Below, piece by piece: positions 50,730 through 62,664 of a DNA stretch of 64,000 bases. The DNA is from Octopus bimaculoides (Eukaryota), in NCBI RefSeq assembly GCF_001194135.2, contig NC_068982.1:58711976-58775975 (forward strand). The letters are read 5' to 3'. Below the pieces are notes generated by a model. The model was not told the DNA's origin. It made no database searches and was given only the letters and a program-made list of their open reading frames with translations. Position 1 is the stretch's first letter. Every line of letters begins with the position of its first letter. A program made the position numbers and the translations under genes.

Positions 50730-52412
50730 ATAAATACCTACATACATACTATATATACTTACGTATTTATTACATTTGTATGTAGAGTGTGTTGATGTGT
50801 GAGNNNNNNNNNNNNNNNNNNNNNNNNNNNNNNNNNNNNNNNNNNNNNNNNNNNNNNNNNNNNNNNNNNNNNNNNNNNNNNNNNNNNNNNNNNNNNNNNN
50901 NNNNNNNNNNNNNNNNNNNNNNNNNNNNNNNNNNNNNNNNNNNNNNNNNNNNNNNNNNNNNNNNNNNNNNNNNNNNNNNNNNNNNNNNNNNNNNNNNNNN
51001 NNNNNNNNNNNNNNNNNNNNNNNNNNNNNNNNNNNNNNNNNNNNNNNNNNNNNNNNNNNNNNNNNNNNNNNNNNNNNNNNNNNNNNNNNNNNNNNNNNNN
51101 NNNNNNNNNNNNNNNNNNNNNNNNNNNNNNNNNNNNNNNNNNNNNNNNNNNNNNNNNNNNNNNNNNNNNNNNNNNNNNNNNNNNNNNNNNNNNNNNNNNN
51201 NNNNNNNNNNNNNNNNNNNNNNNNNNNNNNNNNNNNNNNNNNNNNNNNNNNNNNNNNNNNNNNNNNNNNNNNNNNNNNNNNNNNNNNNNNNNNNNNNNNN
51301 NNNNNNNNNNNNNNNNNNNNNNNNNNNNNNNNNNNNNNNNNNNNNNNNNNNNNNNNNNNNNNNNNNNNNNNNNNNNNNNNNNNNNNNNNNNNNNNNNNNN
51401 NNNNNNNNNNNNNNNNNNNNNNNNNNNNNNNNNNNNNNNNNNNNNNNNNNNNNNNNNNNNNNNNNNNNNNNNNNNNNNNNNNNNNNNNNNNNNNNNNNNN
51501 NNNNNNNNNNNNNNNNNNNNNNNNNNNNNNNNNNNNNNNNNNNNNNNNNNNNNNNNNNNNNNNNNNNNNNNNNNNNNNNNNNNNNNNNNNNNNNNNNNNN
51601 NNNNNNATATATATATATATATGTGTGTGTGTGTATGTGTGTATGTATGTATGTATGTATGTGTGTATGTATGAATGAGCCTTTATGTTTGTCTCATCTA
51701 CAGTTTAATAGCCGGTTTAGGTTTGTTTACGTCCCATAACTTAACGGTTCAGCCTCAGGTACAATAGAAAAAAACATCAGGTTTACATTTCAGTTCCAGG
51801 TTTGACAATCGACTAAACCCTATCAGAGTGGTGCCACAGCATGGCTGCAGACCAATGAATGAAAGAGATAAATCATAGAAGATTATGCAAAAGATTTTAC
51901 ACAAATATATATATACATACATAAGCACACACCAACAAACATACACACACGCAGTCACACACACATATATCAGCATGTGTGTGAGAATATGTTGTGTGTG
52001 CGTGTATGCGTGTAAGTTATGAAATACTTCCCTAGTCGAGGAGTTAAGAATGTATGTTCATTCCATTCTAGTTGTGGGTTCATTCCCACACCACGGCATT
52101 TTGGTCAAGTGTCTTTCAGAATAGCCCTCGGTTGAGCAATATTTGATTAACAAAACTCAGAGGCCAGCCGGATACATATACAAACATATATATATATATA
52201 TAATATATATATATATACTATTGAACCTTGGGAGGGGCATTATGCCGGTAATAATAAACACACGCACTGGTTCGGTTCTTTATTGTTATTGTTCAATATT
52301 GTTCGTGTTGTTATTTCTACCAAATACAAATACGAACTATATATATATATATATATATAATATACATATATATATATATATACATACATATATATATATA
52401 TANNNNNNNNNN

Positions 52413-52459
<47 letters not shown>

Positions 52460-52615
52460 GCATATATACATAAATGTATATTTGTATATACGCATATATA
52501 TTTACATAGGTATACTTACATATATACACACGCATATTTACATACACACAAACACATATATATACATACACACACAAGCATACATACACACACATGCATG
52601 CATATACATACATAC

Positions 52616-52659
<44 letters not shown>

Positions 52660-52706
52660 CACTATTCAATTTTTTTTTCTCCGTGTTTTTCTCCTTGTCT
52701 CCGTAT

Positions 52707-52743
52707 TCTTTCTGTTGAAGAGCGTAGCTCGAAACGTCAAAGA
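52707..52743 (+). ncRNA. Minimal type-I hammerhead ribozyme motif (core A6 mutated)
   Basis: TCTTT-CTGTTGA-A-GAGC-GTA-GCTC-GAAAC-GTC-AAAGA. Stem I TCTTT:AAAGA, stem II GAGC:GCTC, palindromic ACGT stem III, GUC triplet. The core is CTGTTGA rather than CTGANGA. Confidence 0.65.
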
Positions 52744-53688
52744 CTTTCCGTATTCCCGAGCGTCATACTAATATATACTTTTGTTATTTACACCACCTGT
52801 CCTCGTCTGTTGTTATTTTTTGTATATTCTCCCATATATATATATGCACAGGACCGATCAGTGCCTCGTAAGCGAATTTAGTAGAAGGAAACTGCGTAGA
52901 AGCCCTTCGTATATATGAGTGTGTGTGTTTGGGTCTTTGTGTCAATGTTTGTTCGCGCCTCTATTTGACAATCATTTTTGCATTTGTTTAGATACCCGTC
53001 CTGTAGCAGTTCGGCAAAAATCAACGATGGAATATGTACTAGACTTTAAAGTAAGACCTGAGTCGATTTGTTCAACTAAAACGCTTGAAGGCGGTGTCCC
53101 AGCATGGCCATAGTCCAATGAACGAAATACGGAAACGATAAAAGAGGGGGAGAAAGATGCATATGTGCGCGTGCGTATTTGTATATATGTGTGTTATATA
53201 TGCTTGTGGCCATTTGTGAGTTTATGTAGCGTACGTACACTGTTGGTTTTGTTAAATCCGGCGTTCTGTCAATATGGTCACTTAAACTAATCGATACTTG
53301 ACTGAAATGACTATTGGAGCTGATATAATCGACTAAAAGCCCTTCATTGCGGTGCCCCAGTATAGCCGCAGTCTAACGTCAGAAAATAGTAAGAGAAAGA
53401 CTGCGTGTGTATATATATGTGTGAGCATTTCTGTTTGTGTAATGTGCCCACGTGTTTTAAGTTATTTCCTTGGAGAAACAGATATATACGTAATACATAT
53501 ATATATACATATATACATACATTGAGCGGCGTAATTGGGTTTGTGTATGTGCGTGTCTCTGTAAGTGAACGAGTGGGAGTGCAAGCGTGTCTCAAACTTT
53601 TTTATGTCATAGGACTCCGTGCGAGCACACGTCGGCGTGTGTGTGTGTGTGTGTGTGTGTGTTGGGTTTAAATGTTTTCAGTTGTGAG

Positions 53689-53719
<31 letters not shown>

Positions 53720-53820
53720 TTGGATAAATAGATAGATTAGATAGATAGAGAGATGCGTGTATACATGTATGCGTGTGCATATGTCGCGAATAAGTTTCAT
53801 ACGCATTTTATAAACGAATA

Positions 53821-53866
<46 letters not shown>

Positions 53867-54279
53867 CTTTCTACTCACGGACAAACACACACACACACAC
53901 ACGTATATATGTATATATATATATATACGTATATATATCAATTTGGACGTGAATACGTGTGTATTTGCGTGTGTGCGTGTTCGTTTGGTCCTGGCTGGCT
54001 CACTTGCTTCAAGCTTTTCTGGCATCAGAAGCTGTAGCGGCGGCGGCGGGGAAACCCGGAGCGCGTGTGTGTACGTGCAAGCGTATGTCGGTTTTTGCGT
54101 GTGTTCGTATGTGTGTGTGTATACGTGTGCATGTGTGTCTGTTTGCGTATGTGTACGAGGGGGTGCGTGGGGAAAGGGGATGCTACGGCGGCGGCGGAGA
54201 CACGCCGGCTGGAAAGAAAAAAGTGGTAAAAAAAAACGATTAGTTAGTTACACGGCACACTTTACCACCCTTACCCTCA

Positions 54280-54900
54280 TTATTCTCTTAGTCTCTCTCT
54301 CTCTCTCTCTATCTATCATGTCTTCTTTCTCCTCTCTTTCTCTGTCTCTTTATTCTATCATCCCACTGCCGTGCTTCCTTCTCCTGCCGTCCTACCAACC
54401 TGCCTGCCCTCCCTCGTCATCACATCCTGCCTCAAGAACAACGGCCTCACTTCGTCTCATCTTCCTACGCAGCCGTGTGACAAGTCTGCCACGCTCCCTA
54501 CTGCCTTTCCTCTTTCTCCCTCTTACTCATACCCTTTCTTTTTTTTTCCTTGTTTTTTCTCTCTCTCTATCTCTCTGTCTTCGCTCTCTGTCTGTCTGTC
54601 TTTCTCTTTCACTTCAGCCCTTCCTCCTTCCCTTCAATGAATGGCACGTGCCCAGGCAACAGACCAAGCCACCCAGCCTTGTTTTTTCCTTCTCTGCCTG
54701 CTGCTCTTGCCAACCGACAAACCAGCCACCCAACCAGACTTTTGCAGTCAGTCAGTCAGTCAAGCAGCCAGACAGACGTACAGACAAGCTGACATGCAGA
54801 CTAGCAAAACAGGCAGTCAGGCAGACATGCAGCCAGCCAGCCAGCCAGCCAAACAGACATCCTGTCAGACAGGCAGACAGTCAGTCAGTCAGCCAGATAG
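54280..54900. repeat. CT-rich tract followed by a degenerate (CAGN)n repeat
   Basis: Read directly from the sequence. Confidence 0.85.
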
Positions 54901-54918
54901 TCGAACAAACAGATATAA

Positions 54919-55085
54919 GGCGCTGACACGGATATGTAACTAAGATACTCGCTTTGTAACCATGTGGTTTCGGGTTCAGTCCCGCTGCGCAGAACCTTCA
55001 AGCAAATATCTTCACCTATTGCTTCTACAGACCGACCAATGTCATGTGAATGAATTTGGTAGACAGAAATTGTGTGGAAACTGAT

Positions 55086-55127
<42 letters not shown>

Positions 55128-55327
55128 TTCACTCCACCCCTACCGTTTGACAACTGGTGTTGGTTTATTTACGTCCCTGTAAATCCGTCGCTTAGCGAGC
55201 CAGCCTAAGAGAACGATAGATTAAGTACTGGACATTGAACTAAGTACTGGGGGTCGATTTGTTCCACCAAAACCTTCAAGGTAGTGTTACAGCATGGTCG
55301 CAGTTTTATAATTGAAACAAGTTAAAG
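54919..55327 (+). mobile_element. SINE family A, diverged
   Basis: Internal (TG)n at ~55088-55123. Confidence 0.8.
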
Positions 55328-55741
55328 GTAAACTATAAACGTAGACGGTTATATAGACAGACAGACATAGAACTATATACATGCTGACTGCCAGGCAAAC
55401 ATACATGTACACAGACAGACATGGACACAGACAGACAGACAAAAGGGAGGCAGACAGACTGACATACAGTCATCTCGTTTCTATCCCAACATTTTTGTTT
55501 TCTTTTGTTTTTTGTTATACCAATGTTGTTTTATCACTCTGTAAACACGTCTAACTCCCTTTTTTTAAGTAACAATAATAACAACATGTATTCTGCCTGT
55601 GAAGAAAGAATAAATATTGATATCACTACCATTTACGAACGCAACATGTCACCGCCACCACTAGCACCACCACCACTAATACTACCATTAGTGGCACTGA
55701 GTCTAAGTTTGTATCTACTATAAATAGTTATAAAAACCCCT

Positions 55742-56071
55742 TTTCGGTTATGAATGACCATAAGATTATACCCTTGAAGTTACCCCTCTGAGGCACAAGT
55801 CCAGGCAAAATTGCTTCTGGAAGACCAACAGTTGCCCATGCGTATCATGCCTTCCCTATCCAAGCCACCGATGTTATTCAAAGGAAAGGCAAAGACCGAT
55901 ACAAATTGGCACCAGTAACGCCGCAAGTCATTTCTATAGCTGAATGAACTGGAGCAACGTGAAATAAAGTGCCTTGCTCAAGAACAGAACACACAGCCCG
56001 GTCCGCGAGTCGAACTCACTAACTTATGATTGTGAGCCCGACGTTCTAACCAGCGAGCTATGCGCCTTCAC
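55742..56071 (-). mobile_element. SINE family E (C-type head, third body)
   Basis: Head GTGAAGGCGCATAGCTCGCTGGTTAG and the shared domain, then GACTTGCGGCGTTACTGGTGCCAA. Confidence 0.8.
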
Positions 56072-56397
56072 AAATAGCAATAAGCTTCTAATAATTCCAT
56101 GGACACAGTAAGAGTTGTCTTTCTCTGATGAAGATCTAAGAAAACTAGAAACTAACTAAAACTATCCCTTCTATTCAGAGAGATAAATTCCTATGATATA
56201 ACAAATTTGGATGCTTTGACGAAAAGGCAAAAACTGAATTATGTTTTTGTAAAAAAAATACAAAACATAATGTGGTATTATATTAATAAATTCTAATCGA
56301 TTTGTCGGCCTGTCCTCTTCCCTTTCCCTTCCTCTTCACGCGTGTGTATTTATATAGATGTACGCGTATGCATTTTTGTTATGTATTTGTGAAAATA

Positions 56398-56559
56398 GGC
56401 GCAGGCGTGGCTGTGTAGTAAGAAGCTTGCTTTCCAACCACATGGTTTCGGGTTCAGTCCCACTGCATGGCACTTTGAGCAAGTGTCTTCTACTATAGCC
56501 TCGGGTCAACCGAAGCCTTGTGAGTGGATTTGGTAGACGGAAACTGAAAGAAACCTTTC

Positions 56560-56593
<34 letters not shown>

Positions 56594-56803
56594 CTATATG
56601 TACATATTTATGTGTGTATTTTTGTCTGTGTTTGTCACCCCACTCCATCGCTTGACAACCGATGTTGGTGTGTTTACGTCCCCGTAACTTTGCGGTCGGT
56701 TTAGCAAAAGAGACTGATACAATAAGTACTAAGCTTAGAAAAGAATAAGTCTTGGAGCCGATTTCCTCAATCAAATGACCGAAGCCAATGACAAAATAAA
56801 AGA
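56398..56803 (+). mobile_element. SINE family A, near full length
   Basis: tRNA-like head with A box-like TGGCTGTGTAG and B box-like GGTTCAGTCCC, then the GAGCAAGTGTCTTC block, internal (TA)n and 3' half. More than 30 related fragments occur in the window. tRNA-derived octopus SINEs are known (Ohshima & Okada 1994), but I cannot assign the family name. Confidence 0.9.
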
Positions 56804-56923
56804 ATATACATAAATACAAACATATATAGCCTCTGGTTTTGCTCCATAGTTATGGTTGTTGCGAACATAACACTGCACATATTGTAAGAAGTAAAATACT
56901 AATGCGTTATAGATATAAAACAA

Positions 56924-57156
56924 AGGCGGTGAGCTGGCAGAAACGTTAGCACGCCGGGCGAAATGCTTAGCCGTATTTCGTCTGCCGCTACGTTCTGAGT
57001 TCAAATTCCGCCGAGGTCGACTTTGCCTTTCATCCTTTCGGGGTCGATTAAATAAGTACCAGTTACGCACTGGGGTCGATATAATTGACTTAATCCCTTC
57101 GTCTGTCCTTGTTTGTCCCCTCTGTGTGTAGCCCCTTGTGGGCAGTAAAGAAATAG
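56924..57156 (+). mobile_element. SINE family B, intact, with 12-bp TSD
   Basis: A box-like TGGCAGAAACG, B box-like GAGTTCAAATTCC and central AGGTCGACTTTGCCTTTCATCCTTTCGGGGTCGAT. TSD GATATAAAACAA at 56912-56923 and 57157-57168. Confidence 0.92.
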
Positions 57157-57337
57157 GATATAAAACAATGTATTTGTAGGGTGAGATATAGTCACTTCAA
57201 GCAATCTTACAAATTGATTAGTAAAATTCTTTATCAATTCCAAAGAAGGCTATATTTAAACGTTAAACCATCCTGGCCGTATTTAATCTCAGAACGTTAA
57301 GGTATATAACTAAATACTTAACGCCTACATATATAGA

Positions 57338-57530
57338 TTGGCACTCCGTTCGGTTGTGACGACGAGTGTTCCAGTTGATCCGATCAACAGAACAGCCTGC
57401 TCGTGAAATTAACGTGCAAGTGGTTGAGCACTCCACAGACACGCATACTCTTGACATAGTTCTCAGGGAGGTTCAGCGTAACATAGAATGGGACAAAGCT
57501 GGCCTTTTGAAATACAAGGAGGTTCAGTAC
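57338..57530 (-). mobile_element. Family D 3' body
   Basis: GTTCCAGTTGATCCGATCAACAGAACAGCCTGCTCGTGAAATTAACGTGCAAGTGG. Confidence 0.85.
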
Positions 57531-57534
57531 GACA

Positions 57535-57602
57535 CAGTACAGCAGACGAAATGGCGTTAAGCATTTCGCCCGTCGTGCTAACTATTCTACCAGCTCGCTG
57601 CC

Positions 57603-57673
<71 letters not shown>

Positions 57674-57870
57674 TCTACTCTAGGCACAAGGCCTTGAAAA
57701 TTTGGTTGGAGGAAGGGGGATAGTCGATTACGTCGACCCTAGTGCGTAACTGATACTTAGTTTATTGACCCTGAAAGGATAGAAGGCAAAGTTGACCTCG
57801 GTGGAATTTAAACTCAAAATGTAAAGACGGACGAAAATGCTGCTAACCATTCTCTCGGCTCGCTGCCTTA
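57535..57870 (-). mobile_element. SINE B copies separated by a (TAA/TTA)n tract
   Basis: Head at ~57535-57603. Fuller copy at 57665-57870. Confidence 0.8.
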
Positions 57871-57921
57871 GTAATAATGATAATAATAATAATAATAATA
57901 ATATCAATGATAATCATATAT

Positions 57922-57957
<36 letters not shown>

Positions 57958-58114
57958 CTTTTACTCTTTTACTTGTTTCAGTCATTTGGCTGTCGCCATG
58001 CTGGAGCACCGCCTTTAGTCGAGCAAATCGACCCCAGGATTTATTCTTTGGAAGCCTAGTACTTATTCTATCGGTCTCTTTTGCCGAACCGCTAAGTTAC
58101 GGGGNNNNNNNNNN

Positions 58115-58155
<41 letters not shown>

Positions 58156-58610
58156 AAAGATACATCACTAAAGTGGAAGACTTATATCACGCTTATACTC
58201 TCTATCCAGCTGTGGCTCTTTAACATGAAAAAGGAATATATTAAAAATCGGATGTGTTTTATTTGCACTCATTTTCACAGGCTATGCATTGCATGCCTTG
58301 CAAAGATGCAGGAAACGCCACATGTTAGGACTGATATCACATTCTTGGGGTTGAAATATTAGGACGAATATCATCGTTTTGGGGTTTATAGTCACTGTGT
58401 TGTTGCTACTGAACATTGCGATCTTCCCTAGGTAGATACTAGTGGTTTCGTTCTCGAGTGGCTGTGTGGTTAAGAAGTTTGTTTTCCAAATCACATGCTT
58501 CGGGGTTCAGTCCCTCTGCGTGGGAATTTGGGCAAGTGTCTTCTATGATAGTCCCGAACAGACCAAAGTCTTAAGAGTGGATTTGAAAGACGGAAACTGA
58601 AAAAAGTCTG

Positions 58611-58710
58611 TTCGAAAAAAAAAGTTCATTTTCTATGTTTTTGTTTTCCTATTCTCGTTTTTCATGTTCACGTTATTTTTTTGACGTCCTGTAATCATAT
58701 ATGCATGTGT
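58611..58710 (+). mobile_element. Family F fragment
   Basis: TTCGAAAAAAAAAGTTCATTTTCTATG...GACGTCCTGTA matches 38507-38585. Confidence 0.55.
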
Positions 58711-59135
58711 ATATACATACATATATGTACATACCTATTTATATATGTATATATAANNNNNNNNNNNNNNNNNNNNNNNNNNNNNNNNNNNNNNNNNNNN
58801 NNNNNNNNNNNNNNNNNNNNNNNNNNNNNNNNNNNNNNNNNNNNNNNNNNNNNNNNNNNNNNNNNNNNNNNNNNNNNNNNNNNNNNNNNNNNNNNNNNNN
58901 NNNNNNNNNNNNNNNNNNNNNNNNNNNNNNNNNNNNNNNNNNNNNNNNNNNNNNNNNNNNNNNNNNNNNNNNNNNNNNNNNNNNNNNNNNNNNNNNNNNN
59001 NNNNNNNNNNNNNNNNNNNNNNNNNNNNNNNNNNNNNNNNNNNNNNNNNNNNNNNNNNNNNNNNNNNNNNNNNNNNNNNNNNNNNNNNNNNNNNNNNNNN
59101 NNNNNNNNNNNNNNNNNNNNNNNNNNNNNNNNNNN

Positions 59136-59169
<34 letters not shown>

Positions 59170-59464
59170 TTTGTGTGTATGTATATATATATGTATGTAT
59201 ATATGCATGCATGCATGTATTTATGTATAAGTAATACGAATGAACGGAAATATTCAGAATTGTAAATCGGAAACGATAAAAATGTAACGAAGCTTTACTA
59301 TTTCGAGTTATTTGTCAAACAAATTTTGTGAACTCTTTTTTTCTGTATTTTATTAACGATAGACATTTAAAATTACAGATATTTATGAATAATACTCGAA
59401 TTTTCAAAGACCTATTAACTGGTATTCACGTCTGTATGATAGAAAATACATAGAGAAAATATTT

Positions 59465-59670
59465 TGGCTTCAAATTTTGGCACGAGGTTAGCAATTTCTG
59501 GTGAGGGTATAAGTCGATTACATTGAATCCAGTGCATAAACTGGGACATATTTTATTGACCTCGAAAGGATAAAAGGCAAAGTCGACCAGGGCGGCATTT
59601 GAACTCAGTAGGTAAAGACGGACAAAATACCGCTAAGCATTTTGCCCGGCGTGCTAACGATTCTGTCAAC
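59465..59670 (-). mobile_element. SINE family B
   Basis: GGCAAAGTCGACC...TTTGAACTCAG...GCCCGGCGTGCTAACGATTCTG. Confidence 0.8.
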
Positions 59671-59875
59671 TTGTCGCGTATTGGGGAAATTAAATTGAAT
59701 GTTCTAAAGTTATCTGTAATGTTGAAACGACTACTTTTTTAACCAAGTTACTCGCACGGAGTCATGTGGCATGAATTTACAGAAATTATGTCTGGATCCA
59801 TTCATGTAATCGTATATAACTGGCCTCCTTTAAATTAAATATATAGAAAGCACACTCAAATGAGTAAATATATGT

Positions 59876-60243
59876 CGTGCCTTTTCCTGTTTTCTCTCAT
59901 GGCTCGTCCACCTAGCGTTCATAATAATTCTTCTATCGTCTTGGCTCAACAGCCCTCACCGTTTGTTTTTACTGTCTTGTTCTCACTGTCCTGTTCTTGT
60001 TAACACTTTCACCCTATCTGTTTCGAAGGCAAGGACAATACGCGACTTCGTTCAAACAGTCCTTCCCGCAAAGCAAATTAAATAAAATTTGGGATTTTTT
60101 GCGGAGGGTGAAAGTGTTAACAAGAACGGGACAGTGACAACAAGACAGTAAAAACAAACGGTGAGGGCTGTTGAGCCAAGACGATAGAAAAATTATTATG
60201 AACGCTAGGTGGACGAGCCATGAGAGGAGACAGGAAAGGCACG
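59876..60243. repeat. Long inverted repeat: ~140-bp arms (59876-60015 and 60105-60243) with an 89-bp spacer
   Basis: By manual alignment the arms are reverse complements with only about 6 differences. Confidence 0.95.
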
Positions 60244-60605
60244 TCTTTTCTTTAGGAAAGAAGTGGACAGAAAGAACGATCCCCTTTCGTCACGTGTCAG
60301 CGACGAGAGAGTCAAGGAGGAAGAGTGGGAGGGGGGGAACGGTGAAGGGGAGAGACGAGTAGGGAAAGCGTGGGAGAGAAAAACAGAAAGGATGAAGAAC
60401 AAGCGAGGGAGAGAGATAGACTGAGAAGAGATAGTAGAAGAGTGTGCATCGTAATTATTAAGATAAAACTTACTTGGAAAAGGATGCGTGGCGTTCGATC
60501 ATATAATATAAATAATATATAAATATATGCATATATCCATACTATATCCGTACGTATATGTACATACCTACATATATATGTATATATACATGCATATATG
60601 GGTAC
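60016..60605 (-). mobile_element. Repeat family F (my label), longest copy; PLE-related by inference
   Basis: Shares the TGTACCCATATATG...GATATATGCATATATTTATATATTAT block with 38581-38664. Confidence 0.55.
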
Positions 60606-60650
60606 ATATTATATCATATTATACACGCGCGCGCGCGCGCACAGACACAG

Positions 60651-60684
<34 letters not shown>

Positions 60685-60687
60685 ATG

Positions 60688-60761
60688 CACGAAGTGGTGC
60701 TGAAAAGTTCCCGGGTTTAAGAGTATCGTAAAAGATCTGGCTGGGAGCCCAGCCTTCCGAG
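60688..60761. mobile_element. Second, gap-truncated copy of the 26100-26318 mariner MITE in opposite orientation
   Basis: CACGAAGTGGTGCTGAAAAGTTCCCGGGTTTAAGAGTATCGTAAAAG resembles the reverse complement of 26250-26317. Confidence 0.65.
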
Positions 60762-61626
60762 NNNNNNNNNNNNNNNNNNNNNNNNNNNNNNNNNNNNNNN
60801 NNNNNNNNNNNNNNNNNNNNNNNNNNNNNNNNNNNNNNNNNNNNNNNNNNNNNNNNNNNNNNNNNNNNNNNNNNNNNNNNNNNNNNNNNNNNNNNNNNNN
60901 NNNNNNNNNNNNNNNNNNNNNNNNNNNNNNNNNNNNNNNNNNNNNNNNNNNNNNNNNNNNNNNNNNNNNNNNNNNNNNNNNNNNNNNNNNNNNNNNNNNN
61001 NNNNNNNNNNNNNNNNNNNNNNNNNNNNNNNNNNNNNNNNNNNNNNNNNNNNNNNNNNNNNNNTTTTTCTTTTTTTTTCTTTTTTTTTTCCACAGCAGGG
61101 TTTAAAAATGGTTTCAAATTATCCCAAAGAAAGTTACGTAGTGCATTTTTAATGAAATAATTAATTCACACACAAACAGATACTCACATACATACACACA
61201 CACATTCATTCATACTTACATACCTACATATATATATATATGCATGCATATTAGCGCTAACGAACGGAAGAAGGATTTTCTCAGTACCTGAGTTAGAGTG
61301 TCTAATTTATTAGGTCAGCCGAAATAAATAAGGTGTTCACCTAATATATTGTGTTTGTGTGTGTGTGTGTGTGTGTACGTGTGCGTGTGTGTTACATAAG
61401 CATTCGCAAAAAAACAGAGAGGTAAATTGCTTGCTAGCTACCTTAACCGATAGGTAGATAGATAGATAGATACCCAGAAAAACATATTTTGAGAGAGTGA
61501 GAAAGACAATAAAAATTCAGAATTACACACACAACACACAAACACAACACTACACAACACACACAATACCGTACTTGAGCCTATCTTACCACACCCAATG
61601 TATATATGTGTATATGGAATACAAAG

Positions 61627-61887
61627 TTGGAGGCGCGTGGCTTAGTGGTTAGGGTGTCAGCATCATGATCGTAAGATTGTGGTTTCGATTCCTGGACCGG
61701 GCAACGCATTGTGTTCTTGAGCAAAACACTTCATTCCACGTTGCTCCAGTCCACTCAGCTGGCAAAAATGAGTAACGCTGCTATGGACTGGCGTCCCGTC
61801 CAGCTGGGGAACACATACGCCATTGAAACCGCGAAACCGTGCCCATGAGCCTGACTAGGCTTTAAAAGGGCGCATTTATTTTATTTT
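61627..61887 (+). mobile_element. SINE family C, intact, with perfect 16-bp TSD
   Basis: A box TGGCTTAGTGG, B box GGTTTCGATTCC and TTGAGCAAAACACTTCATTCCACGTTGCTCCAG domain. TSD TATATGGAATACAAAG at 61611-61626 and 61888-61903. Confidence 0.92.
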
Positions 61888-61904
61888 TATATGGAATACA
61901 AAGC

Positions 61905-62204
61905 ATGGCTCTCCGTCAGTTACGACGACGAGGGTTTCAGTTGATCCGATCAGCGGAACAGCTTACTTGTCAAATTAACGTGCAAGTGGTTGAACATACC
62001 ACAGACATGTGTACTCTTAATGTAGTTCTCGGGGATATTCAACGTGACACGTTGTGACGAGGCTGGTCCTTTGAAATACAGGTACTACTCATTTTTGCCA
62101 GCTGAATGTACTGGAGCAACGTGAAATAAAGTGTCTTGCTCAAGGACACAACGCGTTGCCGTAATTGAACCGAGTACCCTAACCACTAAGAAACGCGCCT
62201 TCAC
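61905..62204 (-). mobile_element. SINE family D
   Basis: Reverse complement of the 3183-3500 layout. Confidence 0.85.
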
Positions 62205-62625
62205 ATAATATAATACAATAATGAATGATTGGCTGTCTTTTTGTATCAATAAATCAGTGCGTTAATATCCATTACTTATGATGAAGAGGTCGTTATCATC
62301 TGACACTTCTGGAAGGAAATTTCACCACATAAAAGGGAACATGTTTTACATGAACCTACGATGGTCACTTCATATGCTAGAAATAGCAGCATAAATGTCA
62401 TCCAAATAATTTTTTAAAAAGGAATGCCACATTGGATGCTGTATCACTTGGTACAACACTACGTTTAAATAACAGATTAGGTGATCTCGGCTGGAACGGC
62501 TCTGATTATAGGCTTGCTTCATTAAAGACGTTATGGCACGGTCGCAATGTTGCCGTTGATTCGACGCTGACTTATTTGACATTTTCAGACGTTTTCATGT
62601 TACTCTCGTCCTAATGTTTTCCTCA

Positions 62626-62664
<39 letters not shown>

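Noticed and set aside
56125-56152. CTGATGA...GAAAC hammerhead-like words
   Set aside because: No credible stem I or II and no cleavage triplet. At best a heavily decayed relic.
58281-58431. Strong acceptor followed by AMHCMPCKDAGNATC
   Set aside because: All frames hit stops before a good donor.
693-61117. Long ORFs in the supplied track (up to 456 aa)
   Set aside because: They run through N-gaps or translate (TA)n/(TG)n/(CA)n tracts as YIYI, CVCV or HTHT. They are not genes.
62370-62614. Overlapping 60-76 aa ORFs on both strands in unique sequence
   Set aside because: No recognisable domain and no convincing splice sites.
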